Below, one piece after another: positions 37,952 to 45,415 of a stretch of 58,684 bases of DNA (positions within the stretch are counted from its first letter, which is position 1; each line of letters begins with the position of its first letter). The notes beneath the pieces were generated by a model, which was given only the letters and a program-made list of their open reading frames with translations, was not told the DNA's origin and made no database searches. The stretch spans positions 1 through 58,684 of the forward strand of contig JBJMLK010000141.1 of assembly GCA_045805345.1 (NCBI GenBank), given 5' to 3'. This stretch comes from Thermoleophilaceae bacterium. GTDB taxonomy: Bacteria; Actinomycetota; Thermoleophilia; Solirubrobacterales; Thermoleophilaceae. Position numbers and translations under genes: made by a program.

Positions 37952-37957
37952 TAGTCT
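37952..37957 (+). promoter_or_regulatory. -10-like hexamer TAGTCT 7 nt upstream of the regulator ATG (leaderless-type arrangement)
   Basis: TANNNT at 37952..37957 with the ATG at 37965 and no Shine-Dalgarno sequence. Confidence 0.35.
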
Positions 37958-37964
37958 TCGGCCC

Positions 37965-40900
37965 ATGCTCCGGGTGCGGGTGCTGGGAGAGCTGGCGCTC
38001 GATCTGGACGGGCGCGTGCTCGAGCCGCCGGCGAGCCGCCGGGCGCGCTCCCTCCTCGGCCTTCTGGCGGTGGACCGCAGGGCGCACCAGCGCTCGCAGC
38101 TCGCCGCCCGCTTCTGGCCCGACGTGCTCGACGAGAGCGCGCGCACGAGCCTGCGCAGCGCGCTGTCGTCGCTGCGCCGGTCGCTCGGGCCGGACGCCGA
38201 CCGCTACCTGCTCGCCGGGCGCGACAGCGTCGCGCTGGCCGGGCCGGACGACGTGGCCACCGACCTCGCCGAGTTCGAGACGCTGCTGGCGGACGGCCGC
38301 GCGGAGGAGGCGCTCGAGCTCTGTCGCGGCGACCTGCTGGACGGCCTCGACGACGACTGGGTCTTCGCGGCGCGCGACGACCACCGCGACCGCGTGGCCG
38401 ATGCGCTCGCCACGCTGGCGGCCGGCGCCGAGGAGAGCGGCGACATGGACGCCGCGGTCACCTTCAGCCGCCGCCGCGTGGTGCTCGACCCGCTCGCCGA
38501 GGAGGCCCAGCGCGAGCTGATCCGCCGGTTGGCCGCCGCCGGCGACCGCCCGGCCGCGATCACCGCCTACCGGCGCCTGCAGGACCGCCTGCGGAGCGAG
38601 CTCGGCATCGCGCCTTCGGCGCGCACGCGCGAGCTGGCGGAGTCGCTGCGCGAGGAGGCGGGCGAGCCGGTGGCGGCGCACGCACCGGTCGCCCCCGCCG
38701 AGGCGCAGGCGCCGGCTGCGCCCGCGCCGCCCGCGACGGCCTCGCCGCGGCCGTCGGGCACGGTCACGCTCCTCTTCACCGACCAGGTCAGCTCGACCGA
38801 GACGCTCCAGCGTCTCGGCGACGACGAGGCCGAGCGGCTGCGCCGTACGCACTTCGGGCTGCTGCGCGAGGTGGCCGGCGCGCACGGCGGCCAGGAGGTG
38901 AAGAACCTGGGCGACGGGCTGATGGTGGCGTTCACGAGCGCGGTCGACGCGGTGGCGGCCGCGATCGGGATCCAGCAGGCCGTGCACCGCCACGCGGAGC
39001 GGGCCGGCGACGACCGCCTGGGCGTGCGGGTGGGGCTGAACGTGGGCGAGCCGATCGTCGACGAGGACGACTACTTCGGCACGCCGGTGGTCGTGGCCAA
39101 GCGCCTCTGCGACGCCGCGGCGAGCGGTCAGATCCTGGCGTCGGACGTTGTGCGCGCGCTGGTCGGCACGCGCGGCGGGTTCGAGTTCAGGTCCGTCGGA
39201 GCGATGCCCCTGAAGGGGATCGCCGACTCCGTGCCGGCGTGCGAGGTCGGCTGGGCGCCGACCACCGAGCAGCGGATTCCGCTTCCGCCGGCGGTCGAGA
39301 CGGCCGATGCCGGCGAGCTGGTGGGCCGCAGTGGCGCGCTGGCCGAGCTCGAGCGGCACTGGCTCGACGCCCGCGCCGGCAGCCCGCGCGTGGTGGCCCT
39401 GGCCGGCGACCCCGGCATCGGCAAGACGCGGCTGGCCGCCGAGCTCTGCCGGCGCGCGCACGCGGACGGCGCCGCTGTGCTCGCGGGGCGCTGCTACGAG
39501 GAGACGCTCGTGCCGTACCAGCCGTTCGTGGAGGCGCTGCGGCACTACGTGGCGGGCGCTCCGCCAGCGGAGCTGACGGTCCAGCTCGCGCCGCGGCGGC
39601 GCGAGCTGGCCGCGCTCGTGCCGGACCTCGCCGACGGCCGCGAGCCGGCGCCGCGCGCGTCCGCGGACGCGGAGCAGGAGCGCTTTCGCCTGCTCGAGGC
39701 CGCCGCGTCGCTGATCCTCGAGGCGGCGGCCGCGCGGCCGCTGATCCTGCTGCTCGACGACCTGCACTGGGCGGACGACGCGACGCTCCTGCTGCTGCGG
39801 CATCTGGCGCGCTCGTTCCAGTCCCGCGAGGGGGCGGAGCTGATGGTCGTGGTCACGTTCCGCGACACGGAGCTGGCGGCACGCGGGGAGCTGGTGGCGG
39901 CGCTCGCCGAGCTCAGGCGCGCGCGGGTGCTGCACGAGCTGCAGCTCGGCGGTCTCGCCGGCGACGCGGTGGCCGAGCTGATCGCAGCGCAGTCGGGCGC
40001 CGCCGCGGAGGAGTCGTTCGCGCGCCGCGTGGCCGAGCGCACCGACGGCAACCCGTTCTTTATCGAGGAGCTGCTGCGGCACGTGCCCGACGCGCGCGCG
40101 GCCGAGCTCGACGAGCTGGGGCTCCCGGAGAGCGTCAAGGACCTGCTGCTCCGGCGGCTCGAGCGGCTGGGCGAGGACTCCCGCGGGGCGCTCGCGATCG
40201 CCGCGGTGGCCGGCGCCGAGTTCGACCTCGCGGTGGTGGCGCGCGTGCTCGGCGAGCCGGACGACTCTCTGCTCGACCCGTTCGACGCCGCGCTCGCGGC
40301 CCACGTGCTCGCCGAGGACCCGGCCACCGTCGGCCGCTACCGCTTCGCGCACCCGCTGATCCGCGAGACGATCTACGGCGACCTGTCGGCCACGCGCCGC
40401 GCGCTCGTGCACCGCCGGATAGGCGAGGCGCTCGAGGAGCTGCACCCGGACGCCCTCGCCGAGCACGCCGGGGCGCTGGCCCGCCACTTCCACGCGGGCG
40501 GCGACGCCGCCAAGGCGTACGACTACCACCGCCAGGCGGCCGCCGCCGCCGCGCGCGTCTATGCGCTCGAGACCGCGCTCGCGCACCTCGACGGCGCGAT
40601 CGCCGCGGCGGGACTCCTGAACGTGCGGCCCGAGGACGACGCGGGCCTGCGCCGCCTCTTCGCCGAGCGCGGCTGGACGCGCCGCTTCGTGAGCGGCAAC
40701 GCGGTCGCCGACAGCGTGCACGACTACGAGGTCGCACTGGCGGCGGCGCGCGCGGCCGGCGACCGCGAGCTCGAGATGGAGGTGCTGAACGCGCTCGGCA
40801 CGCTCTCGCACATCGCCGACAGCGAGCGCGCGATCCGCCATCACGGCGAGTCGCTCGCGCTGGCCGAGGAGCTGGGGGACGAGGCCGGCCAGGTCGCAGC

Positions 40901-42017
40901 GCTGAACAGGCTGTCGCTCGTGCACGCGAACCAGCTCGACCTCGTGCGAGCTCAGGAGCTCGGCGAGCGCGCGCTGGAGCTGGCCAGGGGGAGCGGCGAC
41001 GAGGTGGCCGTCGCGCGCGCCCTCGACGGGCTCAAGTTCGTGGCGCTGATGCTCGGCGACACCGAGCGGCTCGAGGACGTCACCTCCCAGCTTGCCACCG
41101 TCCAGCGCCGCCGCGAGGACATCTGGTTCCTGCTGTGGACGCTGTCCGAGTCGGCGTTCACGCCGATCGTGCAGGCCGACTTCGCCGAGGCCGACCGGCG
41201 GGTGGGCGAGGCGCTGGCCCTGGCGCGGCGCATGGGCGACACGATGGCCGAGACGCTGATCCTGGCGATCGCCTGCTCGCTCGAGCGCTCGCGCGGGCGT
41301 TACTCGGAGGCACTTCGCGTGGGCGAGCGGGCGGTGGCGCTGACCCACGACGCCACCGCCGACGTGTGGCTCGGGTGGACGGGTGCCGCGCACGCGCGAT
41401 GCCTGGCGGACCTGGGGCTGTGGGAGGAGGCCTGCTCGCTGCTCGAGGACGGGCTGTCGGCCGCCGACCGGATCAACGCGCGCGGTCAGGCGTTCGGGTG
41501 CGTGGGCGACCTGGCGTGGGCGCGGCTCCAGACCGGCGACGTCGCGGGAGCGCGGGCTGCCGCCGAGCGCTGGGACGACGCCGCGGCGCAGGTCCACGCG
41601 CCGAGCGGACAGGCCTGCCTCTACTTCCGCACGAGCTACACGGGACGCGCGCGCGTGGCGCTCGCGCTCGGCGACCGCGAGCGGGCGGAGTCGATCCTGC
41701 GCGCTCTGCTCGTGCCGGTCGAGCGCTCCGGCGTACGCGACGCCGCCGCCGATGCCCATGCCGCCCTGGCGGCCTGCGCGCTCGACCGCGGCGACTCGGC
41801 GGAGGCCCAGCGCCTGCTCGCCCGCGGACTCGAGCTGCTCGGCCCGGACGGGTTCCCGGCCGAGCGGCTGCGACTCGTGCTCGCGCTGGCGGCGCTGGAG
41901 CCGGGCGGCGAGCACGAGACGGCCGCCGACGCCCTCGTCGAGGCGATCGCGACGTCGACGGAGAGCCCCGAGCTGGCCGCCGCCTTCCGGGCGCGGGCGC
42001 GCCTCAGCCCTGGCTAG
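37965..42017 (+). CDS. Multidomain regulator: SARP (wHTH + BTAD) - class III nucleotidyl cyclase - STAND/AAA ATPase - TPR
   Basis: The N-terminus (VLGELALDLDG...RSALSSLRRSL, DLAEFETLLADG, YRRLQDRLRSELGIAPS) is SARP/BTAD. The blocks LLFTDQVSST, VKNLGDGLMVAF, VRVGLNVGEP and GTPVVVAKRL are a class III cyclase. GDPGIGKT is Walker A and LILLLDDLHWAD is Walker B. A long TPR-like helical C-terminus follows. Confidence 0.9.
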   Translation: MLRVRVLGELALDLDGRVLEPPASRRARSLLGLLAVDRRAHQRSQLAARFWPDVLDESARTSLRSALSSLRRSLGPDADRYLLAGRDSVALAGPDDVATDLAEFETLLADGRAEEALELCRGDLLDGLDDDWVFAARDDHRDRVADALATLAAGAEESGDMDAAVTFSRRRVVLDPLAEEAQRELIRRLAAAGDRPAAITAYRRLQDRLRSELGIAPSARTRELAESLREEAGEPVAAHAPVAPAEAQAPAAPAPPATASPRPSGTVTLLFTDQVSSTETLQRLGDDEAERLRRTHFGLLREVAGAHGGQEVKNLGDGLMVAFTSAVDAVAAAIGIQQAVHRHAERAGDDRLGVRVGLNVGEPIVDEDDYFGTPVVVAKRLCDAAASGQILASDVVRALVGTRGGFEFRSVGAMPLKGIADSVPACEVGWAPTTEQRIPLPPAVETADAGELVGRSGALAELERHWLDARAGSPRVVALAGDPGIGKTRLAAELCRRAHADGAAVLAGRCYEETLVPYQPFVEALRHYVAGAPPAELTVQLAPRRRELAALVPDLADGREPAPRASADAEQERFRLLEAAASLILEAAAARPLILLLDDLHWADDATLLLLRHLARSFQSREGAELMVVVTFRDTELAARGELVAALAELRRARVLHELQLGGLAGDAVAELIAAQSGAAAEESFARRVAERTDGNPFFIEELLRHVPDARAAELDELGLPESVKDLLLRRLERLGEDSRGALAIAAVAGAEFDLAVVARVLGEPDDSLLDPFDAALAAHVLAEDPATVGRYRFAHPLIRETIYGDLSATRRALVHRRIGEALEELHPDALAEHAGALARHFHAGGDAAKAYDYHRQAAAAAARVYALETALAHLDGAIAAAGLLNVRPEDDAGLRRLFAERGWTRRFVSGNAVADSVHDYEVALAAARAAGDRELEMEVLNALGTLSHIADSERAIRHHGESLALAEELGDEAGQVAALNRLSLVHANQLDLVRAQELGERALELARGSGDEVAVARALDGLKFVALMLGDTERLEDVTSQLATVQRRREDIWFLLWTLSESAFTPIVQADFAEADRRVGEALALARRMGDTMAETLILAIACSLERSRGRYSEALRVGERAVALTHDATADVWLGWTGAAHARCLADLGLWEEACSLLEDGLSAADRINARGQAFGCVGDLAWARLQTGDVAGARAAAERWDDAAAQVHAPSGQACLYFRTSYTGRARVALALGDRERAESILRALLVPVERSGVRDAAADAHAALAACALDRGDSAEAQRLLARGLELLGPDGFPAERLRLVLALAALEPGGEHETAADALVEAIATSTESPELAAAFRARARLSPG

Positions 42018-42720
42018 GCTCGCGCCACACGACCTCGTGGCGGAGCAGGACCGGGTCGTCGAGCGGGCGCTGGAAGGCGCGCTCGAGCGCGCCGAGCTGG
42101 CTGCGGTAGGTGCGCACGACTCGCAGCTTGCGCTCGAACTCCGCCTCGGTGAGCGGGTGCGGCTCCGGCGCGAGCCCGTCGAGCTGCGGCGCGCACGCGG
42201 GCCACGCCTCGCCGCCGTCGACGCTCGCGTGTGGGAGGTCCGCGTAGAGGACCGTCTCGTAGCCGTCCTCGCGCAGCGCGCGGCCCACCTCTCGAACGGC
42301 CGCGTGGTCGGGGTGCGGCTCGGTGGTGGACGCGGGAAAGCGGCGCTCCCCCCCTCCGCCCGCGAACGCCGCCGGCACGTACACGAGCGCCGGCCGCGGC
42401 ACGACCTCGCGCACGGTCGCGAGCAGCGCGGCGGCGTCCGCGCCGTCCTCGCGGTACTGGGCGTCGAGGAAGTCGAGGTTCACCGCCTGGCGCCCGACGG
42501 CGGCGAGCGCGGCGCGATCCTCCTCGATGCGCGCCCTCACGGCGCGGGCGGAATCGCCGCTGCCGCTCGCGCGGTCCCACCAGCCGGTGACAGTGCCCGG
42601 CGGCGGGACCCCGGCGAACACGTTCACCACCCGCACGTCGCCCGGCCCCTCGAGCACGCGCCAGCACGACAGCACGGCGTCGTCGAGGTGCGGTGACAGG
42701 ATCACGATCGCCGGGTTCAT
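42004..42720 (-). CDS. PIG-L/LmbE-family N-acetylglucosaminyl deacetylase
   Basis: Motifs ILSPHLDDAVLS (PHxDD) and EPHPDH. The preferred start is ATG 42720 (GGGAAGG upstream), with an alternative ATG at 42729. It overlaps the regulator 3' end by 14 nt in convergent orientation. Confidence 0.85.
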   Translation of the reverse strand: MNPAIVILSPHLDDAVLSCWRVLEGPGDVRVVNVFAGVPPPGTVTGWWDRASGSGDSARAVRARIEEDRAALAAVGRQAVNLDFLDAQYREDGADAAALLATVREVVPRPALVYVPAAFAGGGGERRFPASTTEPHPDHAAVREVGRALREDGYETVLYADLPHASVDGGEAWPACAPQLDGLAPEPHPLTEAEFERKLRVVRTYRSQLGALERAFQRPLDDPVLLRHEVVWREPSQG

Positions 42721-42744
42721 CGATTCCATCCTTCCCCGATCGCG

Positions 42745-43461
42745 TTGAAGGAGCGTGAAAGCCGCGCGAAAGTGGTTCACTTCCACTGCGCGACAACCCA
42801 GGCAGGGGGCACCACGGGGAGAAAGCGGTTCGCGGCAGCGATGGCGGTATGCGTCGCCGGAGCGCTGTTCGCAGCGACGGCCGCGCAGGGGGCGATCGTC
42901 GAGGTCGGGGAGATCAGGCCTGGCGTTCCGGCGCTCTTCTTCACCGCCAACGCCGGCGAGCCCAACGACGTGGCCATTCGCCCCAAGGGCCGTATTTCGA
43001 CCTCGACCGACGACCTCGGGCTCTCTTACCACGTGATCACGGTGGTCGACGAGGGCTCGACGCTCACCACGGGCGGGTCCTACCCGTGCGTGCTGCTGTC
43101 GGCCCACAAGGCGCGCTGCACGTCGTTCGCCAACGGCTTCTCCTGGATCCAGTTCGATTTGCGCGACGGACCCGACCGCCTGAGCATGCCCGCCCGCGTC
43201 GGCTACCCAACGACCTTGATCTACAGCGACGGCGGGGGCAACCGCTTCACGGTGCGGGGCCCGTCGACCGAGGTGTATGGCGCCTTCACGGGCGACGTCG
43301 TCCGCTTCAAGCCGCCCGGCGGCGGTGGCGTGATCACGGGCGGCTCGCCGACGCTCAAGCTCGTCGACGGCGCGCCGGAGTACGTCGATTGCCGCCCGCC
43401 CGGCACCCCGCGGGTGTTCAGCGACCCGCTCGACTCCTTCAGCTCCTACTGCTCGGTCTAG
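42745..43461 (+). CDS. Small secreted hypothetical protein (paralog B of 32999..33643)
   Basis: It shares several identical blocks with paralog A. The signal-like segment is RKRFAAAMAVCVAGALFAATAAQGA. The start is uncertain: TTG 42745, GTG 42772 or ATG 42841. Confidence 0.7.
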   Translation: MKERESRAKVVHFHCATTQAGGTTGRKRFAAAMAVCVAGALFAATAAQGAIVEVGEIRPGVPALFFTANAGEPNDVAIRPKGRISTSTDDLGLSYHVITVVDEGSTLTTGGSYPCVLLSAHKARCTSFANGFSWIQFDLRDGPDRLSMPARVGYPTTLIYSDGGGNRFTVRGPSTEVYGAFTGDVVRFKPPGGGGVITGGSPTLKLVDGAPEYVDCRPPGTPRVFSDPLDSFSSYCSV

Positions 43462-43482
43462 TTCCTCGCCCATACTCACGGG

Positions 43483-44616
43483 ATGAACCCGTGGGTGGAG
43501 GCGGAGGGCGCACGCATAGCGCGGCGCGCTGAGCGCGAGCTGGAGGCGCTCGTGGGCATCTCCTCGCCCTCGGGCGACGACGCCGCCGCCGACGAGGCGC
43601 TGGCGATCTGCGCCGCGCTGCTGCCCGCCGATGCGGGCGTCGAGCGGATCCCGTGCTCCACCGACGGGTACGCCGACGACCTGCTCGCCACCCTCCGCGG
43701 CGGCGGCAGCGGGCGCGTGCTGCTGCTCGGCCACGTGGACACGGTCGTCGGCCACGACACCCACCGGGCGCTCGAGCGCAACGGCGACCGGCTGGTGGGG
43801 TCGGGCGCAGTCGACATGAAGGGCGGCGTGGTCCTCTCGCTGGGCGTGCTCGAGTCCCTGGCGGGGCGCCCCGAGGCGTTCGAGGAGGTCGCGCTGCTGC
43901 TTGTGACCGACGAGGAGTGGCGGGTCGGCGCCCTGCGCCACGCCGAGCGCTTCGCCGGCTACGACGCCTGCCTCTGCTTCGAGGCCGGGCAGGGCGGGCC
44001 GAACGGGGAGGAGGGCGTGGTCGTGAAGCGCAAGGCCGCCGCGACGCTCCGTGTGACCGCCACGGGGCGGGCCGCGCACAGCGGCTCCGCGCCCGACCGC
44101 GGCCGCAACGCCCTGCTGGCCCTGGCTGCCGCCGCTCAGCGCGTGGCCGACCTCCACGATCCGGGCGGCCCCGAGCGGCTCACCGTGGTCCCGACGATCA
44201 TCAACAGCGGCGAGGCGTTCAACGTCGTGCCGTCGGGCGGCGAGCTCTACTGCGACATGCGCGCCGAGCGCGCCGAGGCGTTCCACGCCGTGCACGACGT
44301 CGTGCCGGCCGAGGTGGGCGGCGCGACGCTGCAGCCCGAGATCGTCCGGCTGTGGCCGGGCATGGACGCCCGCGACGCGACCGCGGGCCTGCTGGCGCGC
44401 GCTACGGCCGAGCTGGGGCGGCCGGTGTTCGGCGTCGAGCGCGGCGGCGCGAGCGACGCGAGCCACCTGGCGGGCGTGGTGCCGCTCACCGTCGATGGGC
44501 TCGGCCCGCGCGGCGGCGGCGCGCACAACCCTGACGAGTACGTGCACGCGGAGACGCTCCACTCGCGCGCGGAGGTGGCGCTGGCGCTGGTGGCGGCGTT
44601 GCTCGACGTGAGCTGA
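43483..44616 (+). CDS. M20-family metallopeptidase (carboxypeptidase G2 / glutamate carboxypeptidase-like)
   Basis: Blocks LLLGHVDTV, GSGAVDMKGG, LLVTDEEW and GRAAHSG. Confidence 0.9.
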   Translation: MNPWVEAEGARIARRAERELEALVGISSPSGDDAAADEALAICAALLPADAGVERIPCSTDGYADDLLATLRGGGSGRVLLLGHVDTVVGHDTHRALERNGDRLVGSGAVDMKGGVVLSLGVLESLAGRPEAFEEVALLLVTDEEWRVGALRHAERFAGYDACLCFEAGQGGPNGEEGVVVKRKAAATLRVTATGRAAHSGSAPDRGRNALLALAAAAQRVADLHDPGGPERLTVVPTIINSGEAFNVVPSGGELYCDMRAERAEAFHAVHDVVPAEVGGATLQPEIVRLWPGMDARDATAGLLARATAELGRPVFGVERGGASDASHLAGVVPLTVDGLGPRGGGAHNPDEYVHAETLHSRAEVALALVAALLDVS

Positions 44617-44627
44617 GCACAGGGGCG

Positions 44628-44704
44628 CAAACAGCGGCTTTCGAGAGTGGGTCGGCAAGGGGTGGGTCGAATTCCGTCAGCCGCGCTGACGCTTCTCGAC
44701 CCAC
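44628..44704 (+). repeat. Intergenic box-plus-nested-hairpin element, copy C
   Basis: Box CAAACAGCGGCTTTCGAGAGTGGG at 44628..44651. Nested hairpin at 44662..44704 (GTGGGTCGA ATTC CGTCAGC CGC GCTGACG CTTC TCGACCCAC). Confidence 0.6.
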
Positions 44705-44721
44705 GTGCCGATAACGCTCGC

Positions 44722-45285
44722 ATGGGTCGCCGCCCCATACGAGCCTGCCTGCTCGGTTGCCTCTGTTCGGTGGCGCTGCTGCTTGCGGCGGCGCAGACCG
44801 CCAGCGCCGGCGACATCGACCCCTACGCCTACGACTACGCGCACGGCTGCCGCAAGCACCCCCAGCCGGGCATGCTCGCCATGCAGCGGTGGCTCGAGCA
44901 CCACGCGAAGGGCGAGTCCTGGGGGATCATGCGCTGCGAGAAGCTCACGAGCGACACCTACAGTCTCCACTCGGAGGGCCGCGCGCTCGACTGGCACCTC
45001 GACGCGCACGACAGGTCGGACCGGAAGGAGGCGCGCCGCCTCATCCACCTGTTCCTGAAGCGCGACCGCCATGGCAACAACCACGCGCTGGCGCGCCGCA
45101 TGGGCATCCAGGAGCTGATCTGGAACTGCCGCTCCTGGTGGGCGGGCGACGGCGGGATGCAGCCGTACTCGGTGTGCGAGCACGGGCACGTGGACGACAC
45201 GACCGGCCACCGCAACCACATCCACATCGGCCTCAACTGGCGCGGCGCGAAGATGAAGACGACCTTCTGGCGCACGCGGCGCTAG
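44722..45285 (+). CDS. Secreted LAS-superfamily (M15/extensin-like) zinc peptidase, probable cell-wall hydrolase
   Basis: An internal ATG at 44722 gives the signal peptide MGRRPIRACLLGCLCSVALLLAAAQTASA. HSEGRALDWH (HxxxxxxD) and HRNHIHIG (HxH) resemble LAS metallopeptidase ligand motifs. Confidence 0.65.
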   Translation: MGRRPIRACLLGCLCSVALLLAAAQTASAGDIDPYAYDYAHGCRKHPQPGMLAMQRWLEHHAKGESWGIMRCEKLTSDTYSLHSEGRALDWHLDAHDRSDRKEARRLIHLFLKRDRHGNNHALARRMGIQELIWNCRSWWAGDGGMQPYSVCEHGHVDDTTGHRNHIHIGLNWRGAKMKTTFWRTRR

Positions 45286-45415
45286 CCGCCGCTGCGCGCG
45301 CGGCGGCGGTGGCGGCTCCGCCGCCGGGTACGCTGCCGCGATCCGCAACCCCACGCTCCACGCCCGCGGCGCCTTCCCGCCGATCGCCGACTTCGCCTTC
45401 CTCTCGGACGGCGAG

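Noticed and set aside
37965-42017. An anti-phage system (Avs-like STAND NTPase, or a Pycsar-like cyclase) as the reading of the cyclase-STAND-TPR protein.
   Set aside because: The N-terminus is a SARP DNA-binding/BTAD module typical of AfsR-like transcription activators. There is no nuclease, TIR, transmembrane or protease effector domain, and no adjacent effector gene. A regulatory role is more parsimonious.
44662-44676. A tRNA-like T-arm (GGGTCGAATTCC resembles GGTTCGAATCC).
   Set aside because: No acceptor, D or anticodon arms can be drawn around it, and the segment is part of the nested hairpin repeat. I found no tRNA gene anywhere in the window.
44617-44721. A cyclic-di-AMP (ydaO-type) riboswitch upstream of the cell-wall peptidase gene. 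The idea was prompted by GGGGTG...GAATTCCGTCAGC, which resembles part of the ydaO 3' half.
   Set aside because: I could not find the rest of the ydaO consensus as I recall it (a second GGGGA/CCCA-type segment and a CUAACCUCGUAAGC-like segment). Homologous copies of the element also lie between convergent genes, where a 5' riboswitch makes no sense. An Infernal scan with RF00379 would settle it.
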